A DNA stretch of 33,758 nt from the NCBI GenBank assembly GCA_000934665.2, contig KZ539104.1:1-33758 (forward strand), read 5' to 3'. Both the position numbers and the translations under genes were made by a program. This document shows, in pieces, positions 10,570-23,100 of this stretch. This DNA is from Catajapyx aquilonaris (lineage: Eukaryota). The notes beneath the pieces were generated by a model, which saw only the letters and a list, made by a program, of their open reading frames with translations, was not told the DNA's origin and made no database searches. Positions within the stretch are counted from its first letter, which is position 1. Every line of letters starts with the position of its first letter.

Positions 10570-10802
10570 AATTGAGCTCATACCTATACCATTGAAAAGG
10601 TTGCAGACACTTGCCCCACCTTTAAACTTGGCATCTAGTTATGTGCAGTATAACATTGGAAAGCCAACTTAGGCCTGATTGCACCACCTACAAGAAACAT
10701 TTTCTTGCAATGTTGTTAACAATGAATAATCAATTTTTCTGGCTTTTCCCCAGATGGATAATAGTTTTCTGGAGGCAGTGCAACCCTTCCTAGCTACCTT
10801 TA

Positions 10803-11133
10803 TAGCCACCAGAGGATCAACTTATGTAGAGGAGTCATTATGTCTGGGCAGCCTCATTACTGAGATACACTCTTTAGCGATTTTTGCCTAATCGCTCCTT
10901 CTGACTTCTAAATAGAATTTTCTGGTGTAACTAGCCAGAGGCCTTACCACCTGTGGGCAACAAACCAACGAAGTCTGGCCCCCAGACCTTCCAGAGCCTT
11001 CTGACTGAGGGAGGGTTCGATGGGTGGCCTAACCGAAAGGATATTTTGTACTACATGTTTGGGGCCAATTATCTCAGTAATGCGGAGGCCAGACATAATG
11101 ACTCCTATACTTAAATCGATCCTCTGGTGGCTA
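10803..11133. mobile_element. MITE remnant with ~65-bp inverted arms
   Basis: TAGCCACCAGAGGATCAACTTATGTAGAGGAGTCATTATGTCTGG...CATTACTGAGATA pairs with TATCTCAGTAATG...CCAGACATAATGACTCCTATACTTAAATCGATCCTCTGGTGGCTA. True ends are uncertain; a mariner-like end CACCCTG|TA lies at ~11173-11181. Confidence 0.7.
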
Positions 11134-11227
11134 GGAAGGCAGTCATATACGTCGGGGCACTGAGTTCAGATACACCCTGTATAATACCTTTCAATGTATT
11201 AACTATGTACAATCATTCTTTGAACAA

Positions 11228-11564
11228 GGGGAGGCGGAGTGGTGCTGCGGTAACGTATGCGCCCACGGATGTTAAGGTCCCGGGTTCGATCCCAGCCCGG
11301 GGACACCCCCTTCATCTCGTGCAGAGTTCAGGGTCACCTCTGGCTTCGTCTCGGGTGGTATTTCCTACAGACTAAACCACCCGGGGGAGTTCACTACAAA
11401 TGGCCACATAAAGACATTGCACTGCACCTTGCACATCCCCTCCTGTCATCCTGCCCGTGGGCCCGGGCGCTTCAATAATTAGGTTCCAAATATGTACATT
11501 GTACAAATAAAGGTCCGTGCTACATGCCGAGAAGGCCAAGCACTACCCGGATATTATTATATTT
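11228..11564 (+). mobile_element. Young full-length tRNA-derived SINE (second family)
   Basis: Perfect 16-bp TSD ATCATTCTTTGAACAA (11212-11227, 11565-11580). A box TGGTGCTGCGG, B box GGTTCGATCCC (11283-11293), ATT-rich tail. CpGs are retained in a CpG-poor intron. Confidence 0.88.
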
Positions 11565-12966
11565 ATCATTCTTTGAACAATGCCTAAAAGGATCGCTAAT
11601 TCAAAATAAACCTGCACTTCCTGTTATATACTTTTTTTAAATGGCAAACAGTTCATTGTAATTGTAATTTTAATGCATTTTAATTCCTTTGGGGTCCGAA
11701 AAGACCCCACGGCATGGTTCCAGGGTTAAAGGATTATTCATAGACAGGCCCGAACCAAAATTCGAGGAGAAAATCCCTGACAATCTTCAGCACATCACCC
11801 CCAGACCACGGAACATTTACGAAATATTCCTCTTATAGGATGACACGTAAGTCAAGTGACTCACCTTTTACATAACCCATATCCGTTTGGGTCACTCCAG
11901 ACAACTAAGAGTCCCACCCTTTTTTTCAATGTCTTACGACAGCTGTCGCTACCTTCGTTTTTGCATCCTGACCCTCATTTCACTCCACATTACAAAAAAA
12001 AGACAGACAGCAAAAAGAGCGTTGTTTTCAAGGCCAGCAAGTTCGTTGCCTTTTGTCTGCTCTCCTGCTTGGTAAACCATAAATGGTAAAATAGGCACCC
12101 AGATGTCCCCACTGACCACTACCAAAATGTGCTTACAGCTAGTTACCAGCAAGCCTCACGAGGTCAGTGCAGTACAGTGGTCCGAATATCATTTGGGTTT
12201 CTAATTTCTTATAATGATATACATTACCAGTCTGGAATCCGTTGCTTCAAATAGACAAGATAAAGGCTATTTTTGCCTTGAACCCTGCTCCAAAGATTGG
12301 CAAGTCTACATAAATAAAGGGCTTCTTAAATCCTATCCTAAATCCAGTGCAATAATTATCCTGTATTGCTATCCACTTCCAAAAGGATCTTATCAGCATT
12401 ACTTGGACACCAAATTCAAAACTGCATCCTGGTTGTGGGAAAAAAGTGGCCCTGGCCAACAATAACCTTGTGGAATGTCACCACTAAAGAGCCACTTTGC
12501 AGTCAGAGCGACATCCACCCCCACAGGGATGGGCAAAAGATGGTGATCTAATCAGCCTCACACCTGGGCCCTATACCTGTTCAAACCACATGAAAAAGTG
12601 GGCATAAGGTGAATAATTTGTGACTCCATTTTCAGATTGCCATTGGTAAATCAGAGTCACCTGCATCCAACTGCTAAAGCCCCTGTTACTACAGGTTGGT
12701 GGTAGGGATGCCCCTATTACGAACACCCCTACCACCTAGGTATGGGTGGTGTAATTGATCCTAATTGCTTGTTACAGTATATGAAATATGCATTTAGGTC
12801 GAGTGTCAGGTCAACTCAAAAGCGCCTTTTATAATATTCATCTCTGTTGTGTACTTTCCCTTGTTGCTATAGTCGCCTGCCCAGGAAGCTGCTCCAGCGG
12901 CCCTTATGTAAATTGATTTTTATGCATGTGGACAGTCACAGCAGCTAGCAGTGCTATATGTCCCAT

Positions 12967-13008
12967 ATCTCCAATGTCCCTTAATCTCCAATGTCCCTTA
13001 ATCTCCAA
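12967..13008 (+). repeat. 17-bp tandem duplication (~2.5 copies)
   Basis: ATCTCCAATGTCCCTTA x2 followed by ATCTCCAA. Confidence 0.9.
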
Positions 13009-13123
13009 AACCCCTGTCTTACTATGCATGTGCATACAAACATCCCATCTTGCATGGCATATAAAACATGTCATTCATTCTGATACCAAAATGGCTCATT
13101 CCACTCCAAAATAAAGGTCTAAC

Positions 13124-13476
13124 CTGGCCTGTGGAGATACATCTTCTGCAATCACATGTCCCTGCGGCGATGGAACCCTGGGCGCAGGCTCCACTTCAAC
13201 TTTAGGCTCAGCTTTGATGGCTGCTTCAAGAACACTGGGCAGTCTCTCCTGGACAATGACGCTTGGAGTCGGTGTCACAATGGGAGGTGTTGGTGTTGGA
13301 GCAGGTGTCGATGGTGCAGGGGGTGTCGGAGAGGGTGTGGGAACCAGAAGGGCATCCTCTGGTGGGGAAGTGGGGTGGAGGAGGGCAGAAGAAGTGTGGG
13401 TGGGGGACAGCTTCGTAGCAATGCTCACTACTTTAGGATGGGCAAGGCTATCTCTCTTCATGGGGTTGTCAGCAAG
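13124..13476 (-). CDS. TFAP4: AP-4 coding exon: Pro/Thr-rich region and LPSVLEAAIKAEPKVEVE motif
   Basis: Acceptor TTATTTTCCAG|, phase 0. 353 nt open: LADNPMKRDSLAHPKVV...PTPSPTPPAPSTPAPTPTPP...ERLPSVLEAAIKAEPKVEVEPAPRVPSPQGHVIAEDVSPQA. Donor AG|GTTAGA, phase 2, which matches the last exon. Confidence 0.88.
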
Positions 13477-14508
13477 CTGGAAAATAAAATAACAGTCATT
13501 TTGGGTAGAAAGACATGGGGATGTGTGTACATGCATCATCCTTGCAAATCCCTGAAATTCTCACTTGACCTGACTTGCATATTAAGTAACAACACTGCAA
13601 AAGATGAGTTAATTCTAACAAGACTACAATTCATGCAATTTAAAAGTAACTTCATTTCTGGTAATGCAATAGGTTTGTTCAGTTTAGTCAAAGTAATTAA
13701 GGTATTTAGCAATCAATTAACTTTCCATTTACAAGTAATCTCTCCGCAAGTAACCCACATTCCTATAACTTATGGCTTCTATTAATATTTGTGTATACAT
13801 TGCATGCCTGAAATACAGACTACAACAGCAAGATTCTTAAAAACCAGTGACAGAAGCCATAATGCCCAATAATGCCACACCACTGTGCACAATGGCATAT
13901 ATTTCTGCCAATGATACATGACATACTGAATTTCAGTAATAAGACATTAGTACAAAACATTTGAATATACATACAGTGAAACCTGAGTATAAGAAGACCC
14001 GGATCTAACAAATTTGCCCATTACGGAACCTTCCCAGGTTCCAAAGGAGAAATTTCAATGCATTTCCCTTGCATATAGCAGAATGAGAATTGCAGTACAG
14101 GATCTTTATTATGGAACAGATCCATTCGCTATGAACATGTTTCACTGTATGTATATACAGGGTGATGCACTCCCCAAGTCTCATGTTCAAGAGTAGCACA
14201 GGTGACAAAGTTACAAATTTTAACTCCAGAAAACAGTTTAAAGAAAAGCAACCACCACACTAGGTGCGTGGAGCCCTGATAGTAGATTCCAATGGATTTC
14301 TTATCTTTAACTGGTTGCTGAAGTATACAACTCATAATGCCTTCCCCCTACTCCACTCTTGGCAATAAGGACTTGGGCAGTACACAACCCAGCACAGTAT
14401 ATATCACTCATTATTTTTCATCTGCCAATGTTTTATGAGATTCTTCAGATACATCTTAAGTGCAGCTGTAATCTCTCAGTCACTATAAAGCCAATAGCTA
14501 ATGTGTAC

Positions 14509-14801
14509 CTCAGCTGGATGCTGTTGCTGATATTGCATCTGAACCTGCTGGGTGATCTCCCTGATCCTCTCTGGGTACAACTGGGCCTCCAGTGACCTGA
14601 CCTGTTCTTCCAGGTGCATTCGATGGCGCCGTTCCCTGTCCAGCTGCAGACGTAGTTCAATCATCTCCCTTCTCAGTTCCTCTGGGCTCTGATCATCCAG
14701 TGGCTCAGGACTCATGCTGCCCAGGCCTTCATCAGACGATTCCGCTTGTGATCCTGAGAGTGATGATGGTGCCACAACAGGGAGGGGAACAAGAGGTGGA
14801 A
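14509..14801 (-). CDS. TFAP4: AP-4 coding exon: DEGLGS motif and second leucine zipper
   Basis: Acceptor AATTTCAG|, phase 1 matches. 293 nt: VPPLVPLPVVAPSSLSGSQAESSDEGLGSMSPEPLDDQSPEELRREMIELRLQLDRERRHRMHLEEQVRSLEAQLYPERIREITQQVQMQYQQQHPAE. Donor GAG|GTACAC, phase 0. Confidence 0.94.
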
Positions 14802-17800
14802 CTGAAATTACAACAAAATGAAATTGTCAGTTAACTTTGGCAGCTCTTACAAAAAAGCCTATTTAAAAAAAATATGTATGCAAAAAATGCAAAATGCATA
14901 GTGTCACACTTGCTCCTTCTGTACTGAAATGCCATACTGAACTTCCTACAGACCACAGAAAATCTTCACTCCATTTGATTAAGTCCTACTGTGAACTTCA
15001 TAAATGGGAAACTGGTAATAGTCTCGTTATGGCAATTATCAAGTGGTATGCCTAGCGAAAATGTTCCTTGTTAAAATGATATGGCCAATGCAACTGACTT
15101 AATGGTCTTCAATAGAGGCAACCTCCACCCCTTGCCTCTAAAATGTCCGTTTCGGTTGTGGAGAACTTTCCTACTCATGACACTTGAAAAACATTTAATT
15201 TAGAAGCATCCTGCATAAACAGGGTGTTCCTCTGCCCAAGCAGAGGATCCAGAGAGGAGGCAGGAGAAAATTGATGGATAAGTTACCCCTGTGTGATGTA
15301 AACAAAGTTGGTGGCATGCAATACGAGGTATGGTCAAGGAAAACTCGAAGCTGGTTCAGAATCTGGACTGTAGTTCGAATTCGGCCCAGGAGTGACTGAT
15401 CCTTCAACTCTCCCCGTCCCCTCTGCAGAGTGGCAATCTGGGCAGAGAAACACTCTGAATATTGATATCATAAAGAATTGTTGCCAGTTGTGGCAGTTCA
15501 GGTGTCATAAAAGGTTTTGATTATTACATTGGCACTTCAGTTCATCTCCAGAATTATTTAAATCTTCTATTTGTCTTCTTACTGTCAACCAAGGCCACAA
15601 CACTATGAATTGATCTTGAAGTGAGACTACACACCCGAAAGTTACCTCCCCCATTATTTTAAAAAAATTGGTAGCAGTTACAATCTAATAATTAGTTTGC
15701 AGCTCTAGTACAGTCCAATTATTCGAACTCTCGAAAATATGGCATGGCAGTACTGTATAATGTAATTTTATCTGGTTCATTACTATTATTTTATCATATT
15801 TGTTTTCTACTGTCGCATATTTGATGCCTACAATCAACCATCCTATAAGATTCACTTTGACCATATCATTTGACAATATCATTATGCAATAACCGTTTTC
15901 CATTAATTACACAAGCTTTAAAATATCAGTGATCTGGCCAAGTTGGCAACCCATTCCCCCAACTGGGTGCTCAATTTGGGCCACTTTTCGGGGTCCTTGG
16001 GTCATGGGTCGATAGCAGACAAGGGCAAATTGGGTCGACGACCCTCTTCGACCTCTCTTTTGTATAGGGGAGGGGCCGGGTGGGCTGGAGGCTGGGGAGA
16101 TGGGAGGAGGTGGAGGGGTTGGATGAGGGAGCCATTTTCCAGCGCCCAAAATCGATTTTCACGCCTGCAGCTGCCTCCCCCTAAACATCAGCTACACCTC
16201 CCCTCCACAGGGCTATAAACCCTGAAACCCAAAAACCACAGACACCAACTCTGGGTCTCCTTGCGGAAACCTCAGCCTTTCTGCATTATTGGTATGCGGA
16301 GAAGTGAAGGGATGGGCTACTGTGCTGCCCCCTAAATATTTATCAGCACACCTGTACAGAGGGCCAATTTGGCTAATTCGCACCATTAAATAGTGATTTA
16401 TTCTTTCTGTTTTATGTATGTTCCCCAAGAAATGATTTGAGTTTTCCAAAATAGTAAACATGCGAGGCTATGAAATTGTGATACTTTGTCCAAGGCATCT
16501 TGCGGAAGATTAGTTATATCTTGTAAGAAGGCACATGTCAGCCGAGATTAGCTGTGATCACATTTACCAACAAGGCAACGAACTTGTGCGTTTTGTAATC
16601 TCTTTTTTTTCTATACTCCTCCCCCTCCCGAGATTACAAACACAAGGCTGATCCACTGAGACATACCCGAATGATATCCGGAATCGGTTAATACCGGTTC
16701 AGGGTTGCTGGAGTTAGGTCATGTATTGCTGCATCATACACCATGCCCCAAGGAGAAACACTAGTCAGCAGCAAGTTAAATTCTTAAATACAACAAAGTT
16801 TAACCCTCAGAGCCCTGTAAGTAAATGACACATACTGCAGAGAAAGCCAGCAAGCCTTTTCGTGAGTTTTTTTTTTTTTAGCTTCTTAGTCAAGTCCTTG
16901 TAACCCCCAAAACAATGTTACAATAAAATATTACATAGGAAAGTTATACATCAATGTGTCGTGTACCTTGACTTTGAGCTTTTCGAAAAAATATATAAAT
17001 TACGCAAATTTGACGGTCATGTGGCCATGTCGGCCTTTCGAATATATCATCCTGTGTCACGCATGGGTGGAAATCAACATTGAAACTAATATTTCTCAAG
17101 TTAAAAATCATCAAAACTCAGCCATTTCTGTTGAGTGATAGTCTATACCTCTAATTTACAAATTCAATCAATAAATATAACAACACAAACGAAACATTTT
17201 GGCATAACCAACCCAACCCAACCAGTGCACCTGCACTGCTTTGAAAGTTGGCAGGCAAGTATCGCTGATATGCTTAGCGCGCGGCCATACGGGAAAACCT
17301 GAGTCACAGACATGCTGCCCTTTGTTGTTTCAAAAATTAACATTGTTTTGAAAGTTGACAAACAAAATTTTGGCAGGTCAAGAGTCTGAGACATGTTGCT
17401 CGCTGTTGTTAGGAAAAATAACCATGCCTACATTTCATCCGGAAGCACGTGGTTTTGATCTAAAAATAGGACAGGACTTCACATCACCCGCATATCGGCG
17501 TGCCGGCTTTCTCACACATATACCCTCCGCCGATGTCACGGCTTGCTGGTCTCCGAGGGTTAAATTAACTTCCAACTACAATTCGCGTATCAGTTATGGC
17601 ATTCCTGGAGCGATTATCTTGCACATGTCTGAAAACTTTCGGCGTATGACCTGAACGAAGGCCACACCTCCCAATGCCACATAAAAAAATGACCACACAT
17701 TCGTACACATGAGTAAATCCCCACGAAGGTCACCTAGACAAGTGCCCATGACCGTGACCACCTCCCCAACCCCAGCCCACCATCCCCCATCCTTAAAAAG

Positions 17801-17950
17801 GCAAATTGCAAAAAAAGAAAAGAAAAATTCAAGGCGAGACTGTCCAAAAAAGGGCATCAGAACGATGCATGTCAACCAGACTCGTTAGGGGGATCCGCTG
17901 ACAAAAATACAACATACGGTACACGGAATGTCACGTATAAATAATGTCAC

Positions 17951-18116
17951 CTTCAGTTTTCCGTCGTTTAGGGTTGGGTCCATCGTTTGGTTCGAGGTCA
18001 TGGGTGACCTGATGTTGGTTCAAAACTCGCTTCAGCTGGCAGTTTTGTGATAGCAAGCGGGTCTTCTCCTGCTCCAGCTGGTAGATGTATTCGGCTGTCT
18101 GCTGTAGGATGGCAGC
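17951..18116 (-). CDS. TFAP4: AP-4 coding exon: helix 2, first leucine zipper, basic NLS-like motif
   Basis: Acceptor CTTCTTCAG|, 166 nt: AAILQQTAEYIYQLEQEKTRLLSQNCQLKRVLNQHQVTHDLEPNDGPNPKRRKTE + 1 nt. Donor G|GTGACA, phase 1. Continues KLSK|AAIL directly from the previous exon. Not in the ORF track. Confidence 0.96.
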
Positions 18117-18494
18117 CTGAAGAAGTCAAAGATCAACATTAGCCATCCGGTGGTTCTATTAGGACACTAGACCTACTAACACTTAAGCCCCAAAATGCCA
18201 ATCGCTTCATTTTCTTACATCATTATCTCCTCAGACAGGCTTTTCCGCCTGAAGTAACCATACCGTGACCGTTTCATGTTTCTGAAAGAGAGAAACCCCA
18301 CACAAAAAAAAGCCTTTAAATGCCCGGATTCACGCTTATGGTTTTATCATCTCAAAGTCTTTCGCCCTCTTACGCATAAAAAATACGATCGCAATGGCAT
18401 TGAGCCAGTGAGCAACAAAACGTGGGTATGAAACATTCAAAAACTGCAACCCCCATTGATCAGGGGTGGGCACCTTCTTCCCCTTTACCCCCCC

Positions 18495-18648
18495 NNNNNN
18501 NNNNNNNNNNNNNNNNNNNNNNNNNNNNNNNNNNNNNNNNNNNNNNNNNNNNNNNNNNNNNNNNNNNNNNNNNNNNNNNNNNNNNNNNNNNNNNNNNNNN
18601 NNNNNNNNNNNNNNNNNNNNNNNNNNNNNNNNNNNNNNNNNNNNNNNN
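18495..18648. other. Assembly gap flanked by poly-C
   Basis: N run with C tracts on both sides. Confidence 0.99.
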
Positions 18649-19442
18649 CCCCCCCCCCCCAAACTCATATCCCTATATACGCCACTCCAAAGGGGAATGA
18701 TCCCAGATAGCATATACAAAATAGCCGCTATACTATTATTTTATTATATAATATTCACTTTTTTTTGACTTTTCTGCACCCCCGGGTGTTAAAATACAAA
18801 AGCTATTTGCTACGTTTACAGAACGCTATTAAGCCTCATTATCATACTAAATGGCTACTTATGCACCTGCATTTCATATCATTTACTCTCATTTTTCTAA
18901 GACGATTATTCCACGTCACGCCCTGCTAAACCCACAATGGGCGTCTTGACTTCCCCCCCGCGCCACCATCCCCATGTCCTCCACCTCTTCAAACCGTGTA
19001 CTATTTCGGCCATCCGAGGTCACCCTTCCAGAAACGATTTCCATTTCGGTCTCACCGGGGCATCGCCCAGACGACGTGGGAAGGCGAGGAAGTTTTTTTA
19101 TTTTTATTTTATTTTTATTTTAAAGGGGGTCGCCGGTGGTTTAAAAGAGCTGTAGGTGTGCATAGGATGGGGAAAGTAGAACCCTGGCAGCCGCCATCAT
19201 GAATCCATCCTCAGGAGGGGCCTGACCTCAATCTGGTGCCCACTCTTTGTAAGGCAATGAAGTGGTGGGTAGTCGTACATGAGACGTTGACTTCCACATA
19301 AAAGTGACCCATTTCGCCAAACATGGGCGCCATTTCTCCCCTTGAAAAGAGTTCAATTGCCACAGCATCCGGTTTAGATAAGAAACAATTACTCTGCTGC
19401 AGTTTTAAGGACTGGAAATATTATTACCAAGTTACTACCCCC

Positions 19443-19501
19443 NNNNNNNNNNNNNNNNNNNNNNNNNNNNNNNNNNNNNNNNNNNNNNNNNNNNNNNNNN
19501 N
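19443..19501. other. Assembly gap flanked by poly-C
   Basis: N run with C tracts on both sides. Confidence 0.99.
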
Positions 19502-20033
19502 CCCCCCCGCCCCCCAATCATTTCACATATGTCACAAGGCCACAACCTACTCCAAATGTGTAGCCGCTTCAGTTGGGGATTACAGGTGACACCATCCTGC
19601 AACATTTTCAACTGGCCCCAACAGTGGGTCACACGTGACCCTTTTTAACCGCAGCAATCAGCCAGACTCTCAGCTGATACCATGCTGACCTTCCCTCGTG
19701 CCCGGACGCTGAGTCACCTCTCCAAAAACGACCGGACTCGGCCTCCTCCCCATCAACATCCCAGTAAGAAACGGTTACCAGATGATGTCTAACCGTCTGG
19801 GAGCGCCAGAAATTATGGTGGCGTGAGTCTGGAAACACCCAGACATAAACAAAAGCCTTAAGGATTTTTTTATTTCTTTTATTTTTAAGTGTTGCAGGTG
19901 GGCTAAAGACCCTTTGGATTCCTGAGCCTACCCCCAGAAAAAGAATGTCTTCATCAGTCAGTTTTTGGGCTCAGGGGGGTTCCGTGTCAGCTGAGAAGAG
20001 CACCAAAATAAACCCTAGGCTAGACGTGTCGCC

Positions 20034-20155
<122 letters not shown>

Positions 20156-23100
20156 TACCGGCGTCTTGTGGTACTTTACCAATTTGTGAGGCGTTCAACC
20201 GGAAGGCTGCTAAATTCGGGTTGGAAAAACCGGACAAACTGACCCGTTTCGCTGGTGTCAGCTCTCGACAGTACGTACTGGCGGCAAAAGAGCGAATCAC
20301 TCGAGGCGCCACCAGTACGACACAATGCCGGAAGTACGTCCCAATTTAGTTTCCATTGCTCCTGCCCATATATGGAAGAGGCTTTGCCAATAAAATAGCC
20401 ATGTGTGATCCGTGGATGCAACAGCTGTTGCACCAACTGCGTTTCGTGGAAAAGGAGCCAAGATCCAAGGATGACAGCTGCTGCCGGCCCATTGTTGACT
20501 CATGACCGACACACTCAGGGCGTCGTTTCAATAGTTCCGCCACGGGGGTGAAAAAAATGGACTCCTTTGAATACGTGGTCTTCGTCACGTCTACGGGCTC
20601 CGTACATGTACCATGGAAACGGTGCCTGGCTTTGGGGTCAAGGAGGCATTAGTGTCCTTGAAGGTTTCCAGACTCGTTCCCGACCCCAAAAAAAATCATA
20701 AAAATGGGGCCATGTCTGCTACACTCGATTTCATTGGCGCTTCCAAAAATCCGCCATTTTGTGTCCCCTCAACTGCCAGTCGAAGATACGTACAGAAACC
20801 CATACCAAAAAGGCAATGACGCCTCATTGCAAATGCACCCCTTCCTAGTCAGTTGAAAAGATTCCCAAGCGCCAAGGAATAGGTAGGTCCTAACGCGTGC
20901 TGGACCCCCCCCCCCTTCTTTTACTGAATGGCCCCTTCTTTTGTACCTGAAAATGTCTGACCGTTATCCTGGACAAAAGGTTGCGCAACGTCTTTTCCGC
21001 CATCTTGGGCCTTCTTCCGCTCCACCTGGAGAAAACAGCTGCGCAGCGGCCACGCTTCTTCTTGGTGCCCTCGATTTTTCGTGGAGCAGCTGCTAACAGG
21101 TTTTTTTCTCGAAGCAAAACCTTAATTACATTACGTCATGCCGCACTTACTCAGTGCACGTGTCTTGACGACTACACCTGGTATTCTTAGAAGTTGATGG
21201 TGACACATTTTGGGCTAAAATCACGCCATATCATTACCAGAAACAGGTCACTTTGCCGGATCGTTAGGGCCATGTGTCGATATTTACTGGATCCGACGCA
21301 GTGCCCCACCCAATCCCACGGATGACCTCGACAAGGGGCGCTTACCCCCTGCAGAGGCGGGAAATGGCCGCCGGAATGACGTCACTCGAGTACCCTAAAA
21401 AAGTATAGCCGGCTGGGTGTGGCTGGGGGGACGCCTGTACTCCGGGATCGATACCAGACGTCGCTTACATGGCCGTCGGCAGCGTCGGCACCGGCTGGCT
21501 CAATTCCAGCAGCCAATTAGCATCTTCTAAATTCGTTGCAAAACTGCAGAAGGTTATGTACCAGGAAGTAACTGCACTTTTTTTTTTTTGCAAATATTCC
21601 TTGCTGAATAATCGCATACTGAGTACGGTGCAAACTTGCATCATTTCCCACCGAGTTTTCTTCCTGTCACGTGTCCGCAATTAGCGGATTTTTGCACCCC
21701 CCCCCCCCCTCTCTCTCTCTCTTGAAGTGCATGGGTTGGCAGGTGCATCGTTGTTTGGTCGGATTGTTTGCTCAATGAGGCCTTGGACGGGCCCGCAATT
21801 ATACACATCCAGGGATGGCGGAAGTGTGGCCACCGCGCGGTTTCTCAACGTGCATTCATGTTGCTCTTGTCACAGAGCACACGCGTTTATCGACCATTCT
21901 TTACACTCGAGATAATCGCGGCTGATACCAGGAAGTGCCTGATTGTGCACTTCCAAGAAAAGTGTACAAACGTCCTATTGTGTTAGGACCTTGTACGGCC
22001 CCTAACACCTGCTGTATACACAAATCTGGCCTCAAAATATGCCATTCATAATCGGCCGATTCCGGAATTGCCCAGTTCAGGTTGCCCATACCGATCCGTC
22101 CTGCAGACAATTATTATGGACGCGCCTATAACAGCTGGTCGCAGCGCCCTCGTGCGTGACAAATAGCGGCTGGCGCCTATGGCAACGTTACACCCAACCA
22201 ACCGTCACAAGACCAGGACATTCGATTCGCTCTTTTGCCGCCATCACGACACCAGCACTGTGTACTATGCTCAAAAAGATGGGGAGACACCCCGTAGTGT
22301 ATGACCTTCAACCGCGCCATCCCCCCGTCAATGGTGCAATCAGTCCCGCCGGAGAAAGTGCCGCCAGGGGCGAAAAAAACAACCCATTGGCCCCCTTTTG
22401 CAAGCAGTATCCGCCAAAATTTTCGGTACGGCCCCCGTTCATTCAATTTGAATCAGACGCGCCAATACCGTGGACTGACCGCGTCTAACGAGCTGTCCAG
22501 ACACGACTTTGCCCCTGAGGTGCATACTGGCGGTAAAACACAGGAAGTGCACGGGTTGCATATACAGTTAAGATGAACTCTCCGTTGGAATGTGGCGCTT
22601 CTGAAAAAACTGCAATGACACTGCTTGACACTGCAATTATGATCAGTGATGAAACTACACTCATTATATTCGTCCCCACACACTCTCCGTGCCATAGCAT
22701 ACCCAACGCTAAATTTCCCCGTTAAAATTTAGCGCGTCTCATCCAAACTACTCCCCCTAAAAATGCTGGGAAAAAAACTAATATTTCCCTAGCCCATCTT
22801 TGAAAAGCGGGGCAAAACAAGGTCACTACACCATGGCCAAGCAAGGGACGCCACTCAAAGATTCAAGGGCGCGTTCATAACTTCCATTCCAGAGGAGGAT
22901 TACATTCTGGAAGATTCCTTTTTAAAACCCTAGGGGTACCATCCACAAAGGCCGGACACACACACAAAAAAAAAATATTGAAAGAACAAGATGGTGGACT
23001 AAGAAAACCCGAACCAGAGGGCGTCGTTGGGCATGTCTCCCCTACAGAAGATCAGGGGGGGGGGGGGGGGGGGGNAGATCAGGGGGGTGGTTTCAAAGCC

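Noticed and set aside
11228..11305. tRNA gene-like sequence (also 2445-2522 and 8598-8670)
   Set aside because: A/B boxes belong to SINE heads followed by bodies and, in two cases, TSDs; no clean cloverleaf or oligo-T terminator.
13156..13785. Plus-strand 209-aa ORF, the longest in the track (and 13214-13492)
   Set aside because: Antisense shadow of the Pro/Thr-rich exon running into intron; no recognisable domain.
15937..16045. Possible MITE (GTTGGCAACCC end-like motif, repeated TGGGTC)
   Set aside because: No partner TIR or TSD could be identified.
18336..18768. ORFs containing X runs
   Set aside because: Artefacts of the N gap.
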